Origin: Squalus acanthias
Lineage: Eukaryota
Length of the DNA stretch: 64,000 nt
Assembly: GCA_030390025.1 (NCBI GenBank)
Contig: JASTWF010000333.1
Location: forward strand, 124,001-188,000
Direction of reading: 5' to 3'
Under the pieces are notes generated by a model. The model searched no databases. It saw nothing but the letters and a program-made list of their open reading frames with translations, and was not told where the DNA came from. Positions within the stretch are counted from its first letter, which is position 1. Each line of letters opens with the position of its first letter. Below, one piece after another: positions 62,902 to 64,000 of this stretch. The position numbers and the translations under genes are program-made.

Positions 62902-64000
62902 TTATTAGAATGAAACTCAGAGGTGATACTGTATGGTACTTGTAGTAATTGCAAGTAATTAGCTGTAACTGAAGCCTCATAAATTAATTAACCTGTTGTT
63001 TCCTTTTTCGTGCTTGTAATATTTAATGAGTATTATAAACTGCTACTAAGCTAAAGTGCAATGCCATTAAGCAAATACTTAAAGCAATATTCTATCTAGC
63101 TTCCACAGCCAGGGATTGTTTCTGTGCAATTGCATTTACATGAATAGCAACAATACCTGCAAAAAGAAAATCATCAAATAACTATTTGCAGAAAGAAAAC
63201 TGCAGAATGAAAGATGTATTTACAATGACTGATACAAATTAAGTATGGGCCTAATTCAAGATAGGGACCATACAAAAGTATGTACACTGGTAAAGGGTGC
63301 TTGGGTGCGTTGAAAAAAGCACACAAAAGTGCATGGAGGAGGAGGAGGGTGGGTTTGTCTAAGCACATGGCAGGTAAATTGCTACGCTGCAGCAGCTAGC
63401 AGCTCGTTTAGATATAAGGGGTAATTTTATGATCCGTTCTGCCAGAAAATTGTTTTATGCTGGCATTACATATCTGCTGTATGACATTAGTCATTGTGAG
63501 AGCCTGCCTAAGTCATTGTAAAAGAAGATGGCCTCGTATTTATGTAGCATTTTCGTCGGGTTTGTTGCTTAAAATGAGCGGGACCCATTTCTGACAGGTT
63601 TCTGCCCTGTAACAGCTGCAATCTGGAGTCTTTCACATGTGTACTCGCAAAGCTGCTTATTAGCGTGCTGGAGTCCACCTTGATTGAGCTGGACTTGTTC
63701 CACAGCCTGAAGGCTTCTGATATTACCCTGATACCATTGGGAAATGTTTGCACTCACATACAATAAGAGGTTCTGAATATCAGGTATAGGATTCCCTATG
63801 GCATTCCTTTGTATCTGATATTTAACAGAGGTACAGAAAGACCAGTGCAGGATGGTGGAAAAGAGAGTGAGGCAGCAATGGAGGAGACAGTGGTCTACAA
63901 GATATTAGCCCCCGCCAAAGAAGTTACAGGCCATACAAATCCTATAAAGACCATAGTGAGGTATCTGTTTCTCGCCTGAGAAATGGGCGGCCAGCAATTC

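Noticed and set aside
63799..63831. GGCATTCCTTTG (GIPL) as the start of the next GLUT exon
   Set aside because: There is no acceptor in the right phase, and the downstream residues do not match TGEFF/RPAA.

Overview
Vertebrate genomic DNA, most likely from a cartilaginous fish (shark-type HE1/V-SINE, DeuSINE, CR1, Penelope and Harbinger repeats). The only host-gene sequence I can support is one 76-bp + strand exon (1919-1994) of a class II GLUT transporter (SLC2A9-like). The rest looks like a >62-kb intron packed with mobile DNA: CR1, L2 and RTE fragments, SINEs, Harbinger relics (Myb/SANT gene plus DDE transposase), TIR-bounded MITEs and Penelope elements carrying hammerhead-like motifs. Three things stand out. 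(1) A very young, intact Gypsy LTR retrotransposon (21718-26137, identical 183-bp LTRs, 5-bp TSD) has no tRNA PBS; its PBS position is instead complementary to its own LTR, which suggests self-priming, and its RT has YLDN in place of YXDD. (2) A ~21-kb array of ~1000 21-bp units, with higher-order duplications, lies between an RTE 3' tail and a 93-bp duplication that holds the degenerate proto-repeat. (3) An ORF1-less APE-RT LINE starts with a tRNA-derived (Pol III-type) head. The giant ORFs over the satellite are artefacts of its periodicity.
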